A DNA stretch of 64,000 nucleotides, from NCBI GenBank assembly GCA_030740435.1, contig JASLXG010000066.1:24603-88602 (forward strand). The letters run 5' to 3'. This DNA comes from Alphaproteobacteria bacterium (lineage in GTDB: Bacteria; Pseudomonadota; Alphaproteobacteria; UBA2966). A model generated the notes under the pieces. That model did not search any database, was not told the origin of the DNA, and saw only the letters and a list, made by a program, of their open reading frames with translations. Below, in pieces: positions 61,868-64,000 of this stretch. A program made the position numbers and the translations under genes. The stretch's first letter is position 1. Every line of letters begins with the position of its first letter.

Positions 61868-63091
61868 ATGGCCGGATATCTCGACTTCGTTCTGTCGCAC
61901 CGCCGGTTTCTCGCCTTCGGCTTCTTTTTGTCTTTCGCTTCGGCTTCCGGCCAGACCTTTGTCATCGCCCTTTTCGGCGGCGAAATCCGGGCCGAGTTCG
62001 GGCTCGGCCACGGCGCCTTCGGCACCGTCTATTCGTTGGCCACGCTGGCCAGCGGCGTGCTGCTGGTGTGGACCGGGCGACTCATAGACCGGCTCGATCT
62101 GAGGCTGATCACGGCGTTTTCCTTTCTCGGCTTCGCCGCGGCCTGCATGGGTTTGGCGCTGGTCCCGGGCGTGGTGCTGCTGGGCGTCGCCATTTTCGGC
62201 CTGCGCTTTTGCGGCCAGGGCCTGATCTCGCTGATCGCCACCACCAGCATGGCGCGCTACTTCGAAGCCGGCCGGGGCAAGGCCATGACCGTGGCGGCGC
62301 TGGGTTTCCAGGCCGCCCAGGCGGTCTACCCCGTCGGCCTGGTGGCCCTGACGGCGTTGCTGGGCTGGCGTCAGGTTTGGCTGGTGATGGCGGCGGGTTT
62401 GCTGGTGCTGGCTCTGCCGGCGGCGCTCTGGATGCTGCGCGGGCATGGCTTGCGCCATCGCCGCCTGTTGGCCCGCAGCAGCGATCCCGGCCCGGGCTCG
62501 CGCCAGTGGTCGCGCCGCGAGGCCCTTGGTGATCGCCGCTTCTGGCTGCTGGCCCCGGCGGTGATGGCGCCATCCTATGTTTACACGGGCCTCTTTTTCC
62601 ACCAGGTCCACTTGGTCACCGTCAAGGGCTGGTCGTTGGCCTGGTTCGCCAGCGGGTTCCTGGTCTTTTCCGCCGCCTCGGTGCTCACGGCGCTGGTCTG
62701 CGGCAGCCTGATCGACCGCTTCGGGGCACGCCGTCTGGCCGGCTGGTACATTCTGCCCATGTCGCTCTCGCTGGTGCTGCTGCTGGCCTTCGACCATGCC
62801 GCCGTGGTGCCCCTCTTCATGGTTAGCGCCGGCGTCACATCGGGCGCCGCCATGACGGTGGTCGGCGCGCTGTGGGCGGAGCTCTACGGTGTGCGCAACC
62901 TGGGCGCCATCCGCTCGCTGGTCTGGGCCATGATGGTGGTGGCCTCGGCGCTGGCGCCCTTTTCCATGGGGTTGTTGATCGATGCCGGCACGGGCATCAC
63001 CGCCATCATCGCCGGCTGCCTGGCCTTCACTCTCATCGGCGGCGCCTTGATGCCTGCCGCCTTGACTGAGGCGGCCGGCGCGCAACATTAG
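61868..63091 (+). CDS. MFS transporter
   Basis: 407 aa, about 12 hydrophobic helices. Confidence 0.7.
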   Translation: MAGYLDFVLSHRRFLAFGFFLSFASASGQTFVIALFGGEIRAEFGLGHGAFGTVYSLATLASGVLLVWTGRLIDRLDLRLITAFSFLGFAAACMGLALVPGVVLLGVAIFGLRFCGQGLISLIATTSMARYFEAGRGKAMTVAALGFQAAQAVYPVGLVALTALLGWRQVWLVMAAGLLVLALPAALWMLRGHGLRHRRLLARSSDPGPGSRQWSRREALGDRRFWLLAPAVMAPSYVYTGLFFHQVHLVTVKGWSLAWFASGFLVFSAASVLTALVCGSLIDRFGARRLAGWYILPMSLSLVLLLAFDHAAVVPLFMVSAGVTSGAAMTVVGALWAELYGVRNLGAIRSLVWAMMVVASALAPFSMGLLIDAGTGITAIIAGCLAFTLIGGALMPAALTEAAGAQH

Positions 63092-63125
63092 GTAAGTAGC
63101 GTCAAGCGCAGAGCGGGGGAGCGGC

Positions 63126-64000
63126 ATGCTGATCAAACGGCAAAAAGGCTGGGAGCTGCCCGAGGCGGCAGCCAGCGACGAGCGCCATTTCCTCGACCGG
63201 CGCCGCTTGATGCAGGGGCTGGCGGCGGGATCGATCCTGGCGGCGGCGTCGCCGCTGGTCTCGGCGGCACGGGCCGCGGGCGATCCTTCGGGCCAGCTTT
63301 ATCCCGCGGCCGGCAGTTCGAAATACCCGGCCGGCCGCGAGGTGACGGCCGAGAAGTTCGCCGCCACCTACAACAACTTCTACGAATTCGGCTCGCACAA
63401 GGAGATCGCCCGGGCGGCCCAGAACCTGAAGATCCGGCCCTGGCAAATCCGCATCGACGGCCTGGTGGAAAAGCCCTTCAGCATCGCCATCGACGAGCTG
63501 CTGGCCCGGGTGGCGCTGGAGGAACGCGTCTACCGCCAGCGCTGCGTCGAGGCCTGGTCGATGGTGGTGCCCTGGACCGGCTTTCCCCTGCGCGCTCTGT
63601 TGGACCTGGCGCGGCCGCTGGGCAGCGCCAAATACCTGGTCATGCAGACCTTCAAGGATGCGGGCCAGGCGCCCGGCCAGAAGCAGTTCTGGTATCCCTG
63701 GCCCTATACGGAGTGCCTTACCATGGCCGAGGCGGCCCACGATCTGGCCTTTCTGGTCAGCGGCGCCTATGGCAAGCCGGCGGCCAAGCAGTTCGGCGCG
63801 CCGCTGCGCCTGGCCGTGCCCTGGAAATACGGCTTCAAGTCGGTCAAGTCGATCAACCGCTTCAGTTTCGTCGAGCGCCGCCCCAAGACCTTCTGGGAGG
63901 AGATCCAGCCCCGCGAATACGGCTTCTGGGCCAACGTCAATCCCCAAGTCGACCACCCCCGCTGGAGCCAGGCCAGCGAACGCGTGCTGGGCGGCAGCCA
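63126..64000 (+). CDS. msrP: protein-methionine-sulfoxide reductase catalytic subunit MsrP (YedY), 3' truncated by window edge
   Basis: My own translation, since the ORF has no stop inside the window and is absent from the track. TAT signal DRRRLMQGLAAGS. YNNFYEFG, RCVEAWSMVVPWTGFPL, RLAVPWKYGFKSVKSI, VDHPRWSQASER. RBS GGGGGAG. Confidence 0.85.
   Translation, partial: MLIKRQKGWELPEAAASDERHFLDRRRLMQGLAAGSILAAASPLVSAARAAGDPSGQLYPAAGSSKYPAGREVTAEKFAATYNNFYEFGSHKEIARAAQNLKIRPWQIRIDGLVEKPFSIAIDELLARVALEERVYRQRCVEAWSMVVPWTGFPLRALLDLARPLGSAKYLVMQTFKDAGQAPGQKQFWYPWPYTECLTMAEAAHDLAFLVSGAYGKPAAKQFGAPLRLAVPWKYGFKSVKSINRFSFVERRPKTFWEEIQPREYGFWANVNPQVDHPRWSQASERVLGGS

Noticed and set aside
63102-63956. 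284-aa minus-strand ORF at the right edge.
   Set aside because: The + strand over the same span encodes an unmistakable MsrP/YedY. It was missed by the track only because it has no stop inside the window.

Overview
GC-rich chromosomal segment with alphaproteobacterium-like housekeeping synteny: petABC, mtnP-apt, cca/Nudix/DUF1285, and a MoxR-DUF58-BatA-type operon. All family calls come from reading motifs in the translated ORFs; no searches were run.

The left 23.7 kb (nt 1-23689) is the unusual part. It is a co-directional, tightly packed respiratory gene island containing:
- the 3' end of a di-haem cytochrome c peroxidase;
- a TAT-exported Rieske subunit plus an 890-aa 3Fe-4S molybdopterin subunit of the arsenite-oxidase/iodate-reductase (Aio/Idr) type;
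- a 731-aa HEAT-repeat protein and a cupredoxin-like protein;
- two paralogous four-gene modules, each with a CydA-like (cytochrome bd subunit I-like) polytopic membrane protein without any cydB, a membrane-anchored di-haem cytochrome c, a 3-TM mono-haem cytochrome c, and a di-haem cytochrome c fused to an EB_dh-like domain with a C-terminal anchor;
- two extra soluble c-type cytochromes, giving 13 CXXCH motifs in total;
- a tail of a tandem-USP/PCP_red protein, a radical-SAM/SPASM-PCP_red protein and a HemY-type oxidase.

I read this as a candidate undescribed quinone-linked electron-transport system built around an Aio/Idr-family enzyme. Its architecture recalls the bd-like/cupredoxin/cytochrome c context of anammox and Nitrospira NXR loci. 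The substrate is unknown.

The remaining 40 kb is mostly ordinary metabolism. Notable details there:
- a TPR/GT41 glycosyltransferase gene broken by two homopolymer frameshifts;
- a DinJ/YafQ-type toxin-antitoxin pair whose toxin carries an in-frame amber codon;
- a near-perfect sigma-54 promoter upstream of an orphan gene;
- a COG0523 metallochaperone next to an amidohydrolase;
- an orphan CcoS-like mini-gene.

I found no rRNA, tRNA, CRISPR array or transposase. Many long ORFs in the supplied track are antisense artefacts of the high GC content and were not called.
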